From Takakia lepidozioides (lineage: Eukaryota; Plantae; Bryophyta): DNA of 64,000 bases. Shown here piece by piece: positions 36,800 through 50,000 of this stretch (the first letter of the stretch is position 1; each line of letters opens with the position of its first letter). The notes under the pieces are model-generated. The model did no database searches, was not told the origin of the DNA, and was given only the letters and a program-made list of their open reading frames with translations. Location: NCBI GenBank assembly GCA_030704615.1, contig CM060731.1, positions 83,328,001 to 83,392,000 of the forward strand. The letters are read 5' to 3'. The position numbers and the translations under genes are program-made.

Positions 36800-37354
36800 A
36801 TGTCCTTTGATGAAAAAGTGAAACGCATCCGACACCGGTTCTTCCATACACCACAGTCTACCCGAGAACGGATCGAAGAATATATCCGGAATTTGGGTGA
36901 AATGAAGGTGCACAAGAAACGTTGGATGGACGAACGAGTTTGGAACACCCGAACTCTACCCGACGGCACCACTCAGAATTTCTATTGGTGCCAAGACAGA
37001 TTTGTATTTCCGGGTTGTCCCTGTCCAGGTATTTACTTAGGAGCATTACACCCGAGGTCGTCATTTGTAGCCCACATAAGGTGGCAAGTCGATTTCTTTA
37101 CTCACTGTGAGTCTTGTCAGTTCTTCGCAAGCCAGCACTTGATACTCCGATCGGAGTGCTCGCATTGCGAGGGGCCGTGGCCAATTGGGTATCCATTAAT
37201 GCACCATAGATTGCACACTGACGTGCCTCCATCACCAAGGTTCCATGGAAGGTATTTAAATTTGACCTCGTTTATTCTTGTCATGGTTGTTCAAGGTAAT
37301 ATAGGTCCTTTAGTCCAGACTGAGGTAGGGGAATCCTCATCAGCACAGCAGTGA
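36800..37354 (+). CDS. Cys/His-rich orphan protein, paralog of 35834-36598
   Basis: FPGCPCP...HIRWQVDFFTHCESC...CSHC...PRFHGR. Confidence 0.6.
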   Translation: MSFDEKVKRIRHRFFHTPQSTRERIEEYIRNLGEMKVHKKRWMDERVWNTRTLPDGTTQNFYWCQDRFVFPGCPCPGIYLGALHPRSSFVAHIRWQVDFFTHCESCQFFASQHLILRSECSHCEGPWPIGYPLMHHRLHTDVPPSPRFHGRYLNLTSFILVMVVQGNIGPLVQTEVGESSSAQQ

Positions 37355-37719
37355 GTGTATGTCTAGCTCAAGATCAAGAGCCACACTCCCAAGCCTGGAT
37401 AGTATATCCTTTGATACTAGATTATAAAGAAGACTAGCTCGAGAAGCCATAAGAGATCAACTGCTAGGGAAGCACCCAGCGTCGAGTCCACAATCAGACT
37501 CAGAAACTAGAAGTTTGGGTAAGATAAAGTGGGAAGGAGAGAAGACTGAGAGCTCCTCGGACATCGAGTGTTCACGAGTGGTTTCCCCTGTATCTAGTCC
37601 CCCTTATACACCACCGGCCAGGTCAAGGAGCCCTTCGCCGTCGTTAGTGTCAGTCATGGCACATATCCCAGGACCTCCTGAGGTACCTATTATGGTTCCA
37701 GCAGGCCTGTACCTAGGCA

Positions 37720-38444
37720 TGTCGCGCACCTCACTTCGATAAACTCCCCTTCAAGTCATAGTTACTCGCCTTGATGCGTGCACCTAACTCCCAAACTGGC
37801 CGCCGGGCCAACTCGGAGCTTCGGCTGCTCACCGGGGCATAACGGTCCCCCTCACACTCCCACTCGACCCTCAACCTGTCGGGCTCAATGGAAATTCCCT
37901 TTGGTAGATGGCAGTCCGGAACAGCTCCCCACACCTTGGTCGCTTTCCGGCTCGCACGCTTACTCACTAGTTTTTGGTCACCAACGGGCTTGCACCGTCT
38001 CGGGGTTACTACTCCCTATATATACTTCTGTAGGTGTCCGCGGGGGTTCCACAAGTAGCACAGTCCAAATCTGGTGCACCACCACTTAGACCCTCGATCG
38101 TCCCAGTGGTGAGCCGCAGTGAGTTTTGGCCCACCCACCACGGCCCAAATGGACCGTGGTGAGTCCCAAGACTCCCCACGACTCCCACCACAAGGCCTCA
38201 GCCTCATGGTGAGTCCTATGCCACCCCCACTACGACTCCCTACGCTACCACCACCCCTCGTGGAGCCCCCACCACCGCTACCCGGTTTGCGGGGCTCCAC
38301 CTAGTGAGCGCCACCGCCTCCTTGAGTGCCTTCGACACTCAAGGGTGCTTCAGCCCCCTTTCCTATTTGCTGCCACTGCCCCCACCATAGGGGCAGCCCC
38401 TCTTATGTCCCGACCCCCCGCCCTCAAGGCATGGGGCCGCGACA
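37720..38444 (-). repeat. 3' LTR of chromovirus D
   Basis: TGTCGCGCACC...GCCGCGACA, homologous to 57383-58097; purine-rich tract GGTAGGGGTGTA abuts it on the minus strand. Confidence 0.88.
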
Positions 38445-39284
38445 TACACCCCTACCAATGAGGAGTCGATGTCCTCATCGACTTGTCCCTTTTTGTGGAA
38501 ACTAACATCCAAGTTGTGGCGTCCCACATCAAGGAGTTTGTTTCCGTACCATGACGTCCCATGGCAAAGAACCAAACCCCCACTTGACTCTACTCTCCAC
38601 TAGTTAGTTCGGCCGACTTCCTCTAAGTCCCGGCAAAGGGTGGAGCCTCTCAAGCTCCATCCAGTGCACTCTTCTAGACCCACTTCAAGGCAAAGGAACG
38701 ATCCTCCCAGAGGATTGAATCGCCTTACTGCAACAACATTGCTCGCGATCGCTCATGATGTCGCTTTTTGGCATCACCTTGAGCAAGGGTTCACCCGTTT
38801 GACGAGGAAGATAACCTTGAACCAACCGTGCGCCCCAATCACTACAATTGGGTCCGCCTTGGAATGTTGGCCTGAGGTACGGGAACACGCCAAAGCCGCA
38901 CTACGACTTCGTCCCGAGGCTACACGATTTTAGTACGCAAACGGAATCACGTAGCTTCCACGTTAGCCCGCACTACAAGGCAACCCCCTTGGTAGCGCAG
39001 TTATAGTACGCGCACGCGCCAGGTGCGCACTAGCACGTGAACTCCCAAAGAAGGCGCAAGTTTCCTTGCCCCTTGGATGGGGGTCACCCGATTTTGGCAC
39101 TTCGCAAACACACGATTAATCCAATTTACCTCTCCCACTTCTGTAAGCTAGCATGCATTCTACACATTAGCCAACCATACCATGCATCACCATTCCAAAC
39201 AAAATAGGAAGCACAATATTTGGAAACCATTTCGTTTATAAACAAAATTTGTACAACACAAGTTTTTGCAATCGGATTCCTGAG

Positions 39285-42200
39285 CTAGCTAAGCCGGACT
39301 AAGCATGCATTTCCTCCCCCACGATCCAAGGTTGATGTCCCCATCAACGTTTTTTTCCGCTTTTGAGGTCGCCCTTCGAAAGCTGCAACTGCCTCGGATG
39401 CATTTCCCATTTCTGAGGCACGCACCCAAGTTGCCTCCACTTGATGATAACCCTTCCATTTCACGAGATACTCCGTTTCTCGATTCTTGAACCTCCTCGA
39501 CTTAAGCACTGCCTCCACCTCGTACTCAGGTTCATTTTCATGATCCAACAGCACAGGTGGGCGGACGCAACACTTGATGCCAATTCGGACGCGCTTCATC
39601 TTTGAAGTAAGGCTTCAAAAGGGAAATGTGGAATACTGGATGCACCTTGCTATTTGCCGGCAGCTCCAATTCATACACATCCTCATTCATACCTTCCGGA
39701 TGCAAAAGGGCCCCACATACGGAGGTATGAACTTTGGACTCACTTCTGGAGGTAGTAAAAAATTCTTGATGTTCAACCAGACCTTCGTGCCTGCCTCAAA
39801 CTTAATTTCCCTCCGCTTCCGATTCGCCTGCCGCTCATACTGTTTCCTAGCTTTGGCAGTGTTGTACTTTGTGAGCTCCAACAAACGCTCGCGTTCTTCT
39901 AGCATCGCTGCTGCTGCCGGCTCCTCACCGTCCTGGGCGGCCCAACTTGTTGGCACCAGAGGTGCTTTTCCATAGACCAATACAAAAGGGGAAGCTCATG
40001 TTGCGGAGTGTTTTGTGTTATTATAACAGAAATCTGCCGCATCCAAGTGCTCCACCCAGTCCGACTGGTCTGCCGACACATAATTCCGCAAGATCTGTTT
40101 CACCACAGAGTTCACTCTTTCCGTTTGACCGTCCATTGTAGGTCGGAAGGCCTTGCTCATCTTGAGCCTCGTCCCCATCTTCTTCCAAAGTGCCCTCCAA
40201 AATTTACTTGTAAACTTTGGATCGCGGTCCGAGACAATATCCTTCGGGAGTCCATGATGCTTGAAGACGTGGGCGAAGTAAAGTCGCCCCGTCTCCTGCG
40301 CCGTTGCCGTCTCCTTGGTGGGGATGAAACGGCCCATTTTACTGAACCTATCTACCACCACCATGATTGCATCGAATCCTTTTGACAGCGGCAAAGCAGT
40401 CATGAAATCCATCGAGACACTTTCCCAAGACCCCTCTGGAATCGGCAAAGGTTGTAACAGCCCCGCTTGCTTTTTGTATTCGCTTCGGTTTTGCTGGCAT
40501 GTGGTGCATGTCTTGACATACACCTCGGTCTCTTGGGCCATAAATACTCTTTCTTCAAGAGTGTCGCGGTGCGCTTGGCTCCGCCGTGGCCCACAAGCGG
40601 GCCATCATGGCATTCTCTCAAGAGACTATCTCTGAGCCCTCCCTTCGGTACGTAGAGGTGCTTTTGCTTATACCGGAGCAGTCCTTTATGCAAGTGGAAT
40701 TGCGACTTAACCCCCAGCCTCAAGTCCCGTAATATTGACTTTGCAAACTCATCCTTCCGATAGGCCTTCCGAATTTTCCTCTGCAACTCCGTCTCGCCCT
40801 CGTACACCAACATGAGCTACTGCTTTCTACTGAGAGCATCGGCCACCACATTGTCCCGTCCCGGTTTATACTGGATATCCACGTCGAACACCGCCAAAGT
40901 GTCTTGCCACCTAATTTGTTTTGGGGACAACTTAGGCTGTGTGGCAAAATACTTCACCATGACATTGTCCATGAACACCTTCACCGGGTTGGAACCAACA
41001 TAGTGGCGCCAAAGCTCAAGGCAATGCATCACCGCCTTCATTTCTTTCTCATGCGTGGGCCACCGTTGCTCCACTTCATTCAGTTTCTTACTTTTGTAAG
41101 CCACTGGACGTCCATCCTGCATCAACACACCCCCAATGGCGAAGTCTGACGCATCCGTGTGGATCTCGAATGGACGGTCGAACTCCCGGATCTTCAAGAC
41201 TGGAGCTTCCGCCATCCGCTGCTTCAACTCGGCAAAAGCCTGGTCACAAAAAGTGTTCCATACCCATACCTTGGACTTACACAAAAGGTCTGACAATGGC
41301 CCCGCTATCTTGGCGAAATTTCTCACATACTTTCAGTAGTAGGAGGCGAGTCCTAGGAAGGATCACACTCCCGGGACCGAAGTCGGAGGTTCCCAGTCCA
41401 AGATCGCCCTCACCTTTCTGTCATCCATTTTGATCCCATCCTGTGTAATCACATGCCCTAGGAACTCCACTTTTGTGACCCCGAATTTGCACTTTGAAGC
41501 TTTGGCATACAGCTTCCCTTCCCGCAATTTCTGGAACACCCTTTTGAGGTGCTCCAGGTGCTCTTCCTTCGTTTTCGAGTACACCAAGATGTCGTCAATG
41601 TACACGATCACAAAGTCATCCAACCAACCACTCCTGAAAGAGGCAGTTCATCAGGGTGCTAAAGGTTGCCGGCGCGTTGGTGAGCCCGAAAGGCATCACC
41701 AAAAATTCGTACGAGCCATACCTTGTCTTGCATGCTGTCTTTTCCTCATCTTCTTCCGCTATCCGGATCTGGTGGTAGCCCGAGCGTAAATCGATCCGGC
41801 TTAAATACTTTGCTCCTGCCAACCAATCGAAGAGGTCGTCGATCCTTGGCAAAGGGTACCGGTTTTTTATAGTCACCTTATTCAGAGCCCTGTAATCGAC
41901 ACACATCCGCAGCGTCCCATCTTTCTTATCTGCGAATAGTACCGGGGCTCCGTAAGGTGACTTACTCAGCCGGATGTACCCCTTTGCCATTAGATCCTTG
42001 AGCTGGGCCTTCAGCTCGACCAACTCTCTGTGACTCAACCGGTAGGGCACCTTGGCAGGCGGCTCTGATCCTGGCACCACCTCTATTTTGTGGTCAACTT
42101 CTCTTCGCGGTGGCAAGCCGCTTGGTAAATCCTCCGACATCACATTATGGTATCTCTCCAGGATCCCCTTGATCCAATCTGGGCTCGGCTCCCTATCGAC

Positions 42201-42460
42201 TTCTCCTTCCACTTGTCTCACATAAAGCAAAAACTGGGGCTCGTGTGGCTCCTCCATGGCCCACTCCTTTGCTGTCAGCAGGTTTATTCGCCCTCCCACT
42301 CGGTTGGGCGTTTCCGACACCTGTAAAACTTTGCCACCAACCCCACACGGTAGCGTGACTATTCTCTTGCGGCCATCTATGACCGCTCCGGATTTGCCCA
42401 AAAAGGTCATCCCCAAAATAAGATCCACTCCATCAATCTCGCAAATGGTGAAGTTCTCAC
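39285..42460 (-). pseudogene. pol of D: RT-RNaseH-integrase-chromodomain, multiple frameshifts and stops
   Basis: [51 protein letters not shown]; chromodomain YEVEAVL...YLVKWKGY...TW with an intact aromatic cage. Confidence 0.93.
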
Positions 42461-42465
42461 GTCCC

Positions 42466-43474
42466 TGTTAGAGGACTGTAGGGGACTTAGACACTTATAC
42501 GGGATCTGTAGGGTACCCTTAATTTTTGCACAGACTGAGACAAACAGGAACCTTAGGGGTGACAGCAGCGCACTGTAGAGGGGGGTTACATAGCCCACAC
42601 AGCCGACACAGCAGTCACAACCCACACAGCCAACACAGCCCGTCACAGCCGTCACAGCCCACACAGCCAACACAGCCCGTCACAGTCGTCACAGCCCACA
42701 CAGCCGTCACAGTCGTCACAGCCCACACAGCCCACACAGCCCGTCACAGTCGTCACAGCAGACACAGCCCACACAGCCAGTCACAGCCCGGCACAGCCAC
42801 ACAGCCAGTCACAGCCCGACACAGCCAAACACAGCCAGTCACCGCTTGACACAGCTGTCACGATAATAGGGAACGAAGAGTAGGACAGGGAACGACTGTG
42901 GGGAACAACACCAGTGAAGGGAACATGTTAGTTCACATACGACGGTTAGAGAGGGAAACGGTTAGAACCGCGGATAGGAGGATAAAGGGAAGAACGGGGA
43001 ATAGGAAGGGGATCATTATTCGGGGAGGACTTCGGAGACAGGCGGGAGCGGAGATCGGAGAGCACGATGAAGGAGAAAAGAGGATTAGTAGATGCTTGTT
43101 ATATGCAAAGCTAGTGATATTGTAGAGCAGATTAGAGACATAATGGCTTCGGCCTGATACCTGATAAATCATAATCTGATACTTATACGATACAATCACA
43201 CTGTGTAGAGAGATCTGAGTGAAGCTGTGGATTGAATGGAGGAGTTAAGGAAACCGATAAATTGATGAAGCAAACTGATACTTAATTATCAATGGTAAGG
43301 TAGCTAAGATGAATGCGGAAAAGGAAACAAATAGGAAACACCCCCATGATACACTAGCTGTAGGTCATGACTGATTGTTCTGCGCGGGCTGAGTACTTAG
43401 AGATTTCCAACTCTTCTATCTTGGAGTTTCCGCCTCGGATAGCGAAGGGATGGGTGAGTAAAAGCCGCGCGACA
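42466..43474 (+). repeat. 5' LTR of F
   Basis: TGTTAG...GCGACA; CACAGC tandem repeat at ~42590-42860. Confidence 0.97.
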
Positions 43475-44062
43475 TTTGGCGACCATACTGGGGACCTGGG
43501 ACATGAACAACCAGATGTGACAGGCATCTGGTGGGATCATGGTGGTTGGACCATTAAAGAATTTGAAGTGAATCAAATTCCCTGTGGAACGAAGGAAGAA
43601 AGATTGTCCAAACAATTCTTTCAAAGGTTCTTGGAATTGCCAGACGGATGTAAAGAAAATATTCTTAAACGAGTGCATGATGCTGATCCAGAATGGGGTC
43701 TGGAGAAAGGAGTGATAAAGATTTATCAGGTAGCCTGTAGAGGAAGAGCACGTTGGTTACCAACATTAGTTTATGTGATAGCGTTGCTATCCATTAAACG
43801 AGTAGAGTTTGAAGGCTGGGAAGAAAGAAAGGTGAATGTTTATACTCATATGCATGAAGAGCTTGTACTGGTAAAGAATTGGATTCCAAAGGATATTTTG
43901 TGGATCAAACTCACACCAAGAACAGCTTTTCAGACTTGTTTGCCATATGGTTATATGGTAACGGAGACTTCAAGTATAGCCAAGGGTGCATTGAAGCTTG
44001 AAAGAAATCCAGGCATATACGAGAGATATTACAGAAGAGAGTTTTGGTTATTGCCACATTAA
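43367..44062 (+). CDS. Extra ORF0 upstream of gag, 231 aa, unknown function
   Basis: Open in both C and F; ATG lies in the LTR and the frame runs through the PBS; stop is 21 bp before the gag ATG. Confidence 0.6.
   Translation: MTDCSARAEYLEISNSSILEFPPRIAKGWVSKSRATFGDHTGDLGHEQPDVTGIWWDHGGWTIKEFEVNQIPCGTKEERLSKQFFQRFLELPDGCKENILKRVHDADPEWGLEKGVIKIYQVACRGRARWLPTLVYVIALLSIKRVEFEGWEERKVNVYTHMHEELVLVKNWIPKDILWIKLTPRTAFQTCLPYGYMVTETSSIAKGALKLERNPGIYERYYRREFWLLPH
43475..43494 (+). promoter_or_regulatory. Primer-binding site TTTGGCGACCATACTGGGGA
   Basis: TGG begins 2 nt after the LTR end; resembles tRNA-Arg-type PBSs of Tat/Ogre-like elements (tRNA identity not verified). Confidence 0.8.
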
Positions 44063-44083
44063 AAGAAATGAAAGACATGGGAC

Positions 44084-47000
44084 ATGAGTGATGAAAGAGA
44101 AGCTAGACGACAAAGATATTCATCAAAAAGAGAAAGCTATCTGAAAGCTAATTATCCATATCTTTGGGAGAGAGGAATAGACATAGGGGAATCATCTGGA
44201 CCTCTCACACCATCAAGATCAAAAAGTGCATCACCTATACCGGAAGAACTAGAGTTGGATGCCACTCCTTCTGTTTCTTTGCAAGAAAGATTAAGGGAAT
44301 TGGTACAGGAAGAAGATCAATCACGAGGTGAAAGATCTGAGGTACATCCTTGGATAAAAGACTTGACAGAAATCTTTGATAAGAGTTGGCATGGAACACC
44401 AAAAGCAGGAACTCCAGTTTCTGAAGCAGAAGATGAAGAAGGAGATGAGGATGTGGCAGAGCCAACGGAGAGTTCAGACTCTCCAACACCATTACAGTTG
44501 AGTTACATGAGTGAAGAAGAAACCCAAGGGCAGAACTTGGAGGATGAAAACAGAGAGAAGAAATTGGAAGAGGAAGAATATGAAGAAGTAGACCCAACAG
44601 CTGAGGTTGAGACTACAACCAGGACATCCCAACCCGTTGGACCTGGATCAAGTGGAGCACTTGGATCACAGGCCAACGAAGGTGTCGGCTCAGGGGGATC
44701 AGGCGGGCTGCCTGGATCTGGCTCTGGGGGGACAGGGAGTGTGGGAAGTAGTGCAACTGAAGCTGGGAATACTGTGAATATCGTGGGGCCAGAAGCAGGG
44801 AGTGCTCAAGGGCCACCACTTGGTGGAAGATCCACCACAAAAACAACAGGTCCAGAAGGACCAGCACCAGCAAGGGTGCCAGCACCTGTCAGTGGGCAGA
44901 AGGTAGGGCCACAGATGGCGTTACAACCAACACGGGCAAAACCACCCTTTCCAATATATTCAGGAAAAGGGGATCCCGATGTACACATTAGCCAATTTGA
45001 GCACATGTGTATAGTGAACAATGAGAATGGCGATGATGCCAAGATGAGACTGTTTCCTTGTTCACTTATCAAGAAAGCAAGTGAATGGTATGCAAGATTC
45101 CCTGATAATCATTTCCTAACCTGGAATGGCTTGAATACAGCATTTCGAAATAGGTTCAGGACAAGTAAAACTGAGGATGAAGTGTATGGAAGTTTACAAC
45201 AGCTGAAGCAGAAGAAGCATGAAACTGTTGAAGAGTATATGGAGAAGATGGAATTGATGATGAAAAAGCTGGCTGCAGTACCAGCACCCGGTTTACAGAA
45301 GACTTGGTTTGTGAGTGGACTAAGACCAGAGTTGCAGAAGAAAGTGGATATGTTACCCCATAATACAGTGGAGGAGGCATTTGAAACTGCAAACAGAATT
45401 GAGCAATTGGGAATGCTCAGGAGAGAGAAAAAGGAAGATGAGGACTCTGAAGATGAGTCAGATGAAGAAGAAGAGCAAGAACTAAAAAGAAAGAGTAAGA
45501 GAAAGGAAAAGTTGAAGAGGGATAACTATGAGAAAAGATTGGAAGAAATCTTGAAGAAGTATGCCACAGAGGCTGCAACACATTGGAGGAAGGGTGTATG
45601 GTGTGCAAAGTGCCAGAATGAAGGCCATACCACTACAGAATGCCACATGAAGGAGAAACACTGTACTATCTGTAAAATGGATAACCATTCTACTGAGAAT
45701 TGTTACTACAACAGAAGGACAGCTGCAAGAGAACCTAGGCAAGTGAGGGTGCATCAGGTGCAGCCCCAGCCAAGAAGAAGCAATGATCAGGACCACTATG
45801 GTAGGTCTGGTGGTTATAACAATGGCATGGAAGGGAGAGGTAATTCAAGAGGGAATTACCAAGGAAATTCCAGAGGCAACTATCAGGGTAATCCAAGGGG
45901 GAATTACCAGCCCGGGAATCAGGATTATAGAAATAATCCAAGACCAGACCAAGGGCGAGGACCCAATGGTGAAGAGCTATGTTACTATTGTAATCAGCCA
46001 GGACATCGCAAGGCAGCCTGTTCATTCTGGATAAGACACCAGAATGAGATGAGAGCTCCTGTGAATGAGGGCCCAGTGGTGGCAGCTCACATGGTTAGGC
46101 CATGTGTTGTACCAGAAGTAAGTACAATGATAGTAACAAGAAGTAAAGCCAAACTAATACCTCCAGTAGAAGAGGAAGAAGATGAGACTGGAAGTGGCAA
46201 TGATATGCCTGAAGATGAAGAGACTTGGAAGGATGAGAAGGAACTGCACAAGGAAGTGGCAGATACTATAAGGGAAATGCAAAAGAGTACGGATATTCCT
46301 GTGGCAGATTCCTCTGATTCGGATGGAGAAAAAGAGGGGAGTGAGGAAGAAAGGAAAAAAGAAGATGCAGACATGCAAAGTAATGAAGAGACTTTGGCTG
46401 AAGTAATATGTCAGACCAAAGCAGAAATTACCATTGGACAGCTATTAGCTGTGGCACCTTATTGTAGGCACAGGCTGTATCAGGCAATCAATCGAATTGC
46501 CCAAGAGACAGGAAACACAGACCTGAACAGCAAGGTGACCAGTTATAATGTGAAGCCGGAAGGGCGAGAACCAGTCATGGACTTTGATGATTCTATGCCA
46601 GTAATCCAATTGAGAATTGGAAGCACAGAACTAACTGATGTACTGATAGATGGTGGTTCTGGAGTAAATATCATGACAGACCAATTAAGGAAGAAGCTTG
46701 GTCTAAGTAACATGAAACCAGCCCCATTTACAGTAACAATGGCAGATCAAAGAAGTGTACAGCCATTGGGATTAATAAGAGGAGTTAAGATACAGATACA
46801 GAAAATGATCTTTATGATCACAGTAACTGTATTAAAAATGGATGAAGTCATGGAGGCTTACTCCTTATTATTGGGACGTCCGTGGCTGAAACAGGCCAGG
46901 GTATTCCATGACTGGAATTCTCAGTTACTAACTGTGCATAATGGGATGCACGAGATACAAATTACCACAAAGAAATCTAGTAGATTACCTGCTACAAGAA

Positions 47001-50000
47001 GACCTCGAGGAGTCAGAGAGTATGACTGGAGGGAGGACTGGATGAGGAGCAGGAAGCTACCCTATTTGCTGCACACCCAGAATGGGAGCAGGTTGCAGAG
47101 ATGCGGCTGGAAAGCCTAAGTTGTTTGAGAGGTATCTGCTGTGGTGTAGTGACAGCAACACCAACTGAAGAAGAAACCAGCATTTACCCATCACATTTCT
47201 ATGAAGAAAGAGAAGGAGAAATAGAAATCCTAGAAGAACCAGCCACTGTGAGCTTACAGGATGAAGTGGTGACTGGTTGGACAATCACAGCTGATGAGCA
47301 GGTGAGAGAAGTAAATGTGGGAACTCAGGAGGAACCGAGGATGGTGAAAGTAGGAGCTGATTTGGAGCCGGAATTCTTCGAAGAAGCTAAAAGCTTGTTC
47401 ATCAAATACAGAGATGTATTTGCTTGGAGCTATGAGGATCTAAAAGGGATACCACCTGAAGTCTGTCAGCATAAAATTGAACTGGAACCAGGGTCAGTAC
47501 CAATCAAGCAGGCGAGGTATAGAATGAATCCCAACTACGCACAGAAGGTTGGAGAAGAGATAAAGAAGTTGGCTGAGGCTAAGTTTATATACCCAATAGA
47601 GTATACAACTTGGTTGTCACCCATTGTTATAGTTCCCAAGAAGAATGGCAAACTAAGAGTATGTGTGAACTATAAGAAGCTGAATGCTTGTACGAAGAAA
47701 GATCCTTTCCCTTTGCCATTCACAGAAGCAGTATTAGACACTGTGGCAGGCCATGAGATGTACTCATTCATGGATGGCTTCAGTGGTTATAATCAAGTGC
47801 AAGTGGCAGAAGAAGACCAAGGGAAAACAGCTTTCATCACAGACTGGGGGGCTTATGCATACAAAGTCATGCCCTTTGGACTTTGTAATGCACCAGCGAC
47901 CTTTCAGAGAGTGATAAGTGAATCTTTTCAAGAGTATCTGGATGATTTCATGCAGGTGTTTTTGGATGATTTCAGTGTGTACAGCTCTAAGAATGAGCAC
48001 TTGCATAAATTGGAGTTATGCCTGGCCAGATGCAGGATGAGAGGTCTGGGCTTGAACCAGAGAAGTGTACTTTCTGTGTGAACTCAGGGGTGCTTCTGGG
48101 ACACATTGTGTGTAAGAAGGGACTCCTTGTGGATCCCAGGAAGACAGAGTCCATTAAAGCCTCTCCACCACCAGTGAATGTTAAGAGTTTAAGGAGATTC
48201 CTTGGGCAAACCAGTTATTACAGAAGATTTGTCAAAAGGTATGCACAAATAGCAGCACCATTGAGCAAGCTTCTGAAGAAAGATGCAGTGTTTGCATGGA
48301 CAGCTGAATGTCAACAGGCGTTTGAGGAACTTACACTGTCAGTAACAACTACACCTGTGCTGATTAACCCTCACTGGCATGTAGTATTTCATGTTCACTG
48401 CGATGCATCAGGAGAAGCGTTGGGAGCGGTGTTAGCCCAGAATGTTACAGGGAATATAGATTCACCTGTGTACTATGCTAGCCGGTTGATGAACAGTGCT
48501 GAGAGGAACTATAGCACAACGGAAAGAGAAGCATTGGCAATGATCTATGCAGTGAAGAAATTCAGGCATTACCTATTGGGAAGAAAGTTTATGTTTTATG
48601 TGGATCACCAGGCTCTGATATATCTGGTGAACAAACCTTTGATAAGTGGAAGGATAGCGAGGTGGTTAATAATCTTGCATGAGTTTGAGTTCGAGGTTAT
48701 TTACAAGCCTGGCCGTTTGCATCTTGTGGCAGATCATTTGTCACGACTAACAACAGGAGAGGCCGCCACAGGAGTGGACGATCAGTTACCTGATGCGAGT
48801 TTATTTGTAATGGAGGTGCAAGGAAGTGCAGATGAATGGTTAGATTGGCAGTGGCCAATCAGATACTACCTTGCTCATGGTCAGTGCCCACCTAGTTATG
48901 GTAAGGAGCAGAGGAAGAGAATTGCTATCAGAGCTTTACCTTATACTATGGTAGGAAGCAGAATGTATAAGTTAGGACCTGATGGAGTACTAAAACGATG
49001 CTTGTACCACCATGAAGTAAATAAAGTCTTGGAGGAAGTTCATAAAGGAGTGGCTGGAGGTCATTTTGGAGAAGAGACTACCAGTAGAAAGATACTACTC
49101 GCAGGATACTGGTGGCCTACTTTGTTCAAAGATGTACATGAGTATTGTCAGAAGTGTGATGAATGTCAGAGGCTAGGACCTTTGCAGAGATCTGGAAGAA
49201 TGGCCTTGCATCCTACAATGCCTACGGAACCATTTCAGAAATGGGGACTAGACTTTGTTGGACCAATTAATCCACCATCCAAGAATACACAAAACAGGTA
49301 CATAATTACAGCCACTGATTATACTACAAAGTGGGTGGAAGCTAAAGCTTTGAGGGACAACACAGCCAAGTCCACAGCAAGGTTCCTGTACGAGAACATA
49401 CTTACACGATTTGGATGTCCCTTAGAATTTATCAGTGATCAAGGAAGTCACTTCATGAATGAGACCATTGAGTTATTGACTAAAGAGTTTATGATTGTGC
49501 ATAGAAAGAGTACAACATATTACCCACAGGGTAATGGACAGGCAGAGGCTACCAACAAAATACTATGTACTATCTTGGCTAAGATAGTCAATGCAAACAG
49601 AACGGATTGGGATACAAAGCTGCTGACAGCTTTATGGTCATACAGGACTTCGTATAAAGTCACCACAAAGTATACACCATTCCAATTAGTTTATGGTATG
49701 GAAGCCTTACTTCCAGTGGAATTCCTGTTACCTACCATGAGAACGGAGTGGGGAAAAAGAATGGAATTGCAAGACTCCATCAAGGTCAGGAAACATGAAT
49801 TATACCATGTGGAAGAAGTACGTGCTGATGCAGCTGATAATATGACCAGAATTCAGATGAAGCGAAAGGAACAGTTTGATGAAGGCAAATTAAAGACTTT
49901 TAAGACGGGGGATTTGGTTCTATGGTTGCAGAAGAAAGGAAAGATTCAAGCTTCTAAGCTTAAATCACCATGGAAAGGACCTTATGTCATACAAAAGATG

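Larger units (their letters stand above)
35426..37719 (+). mobile_element. Probable 5' region of retroelement E (two paralogous extra ORFs and a gag-like start)
   Basis: Begins with PBS-like TGGCGACCA at ~35423. ORFs 35834-36598 and 36800-37354, then Ser/Pro-rich ORF 37515-37719 cut by LTR D. Link to the pol at 58098+ is inferred from position. Confidence 0.5.

Noticed and set aside
47030-48060. Programmed ribosomal frameshifts in F
   Set aside because: Sister copies are in frame at these positions and no slippery heptamer is evident.
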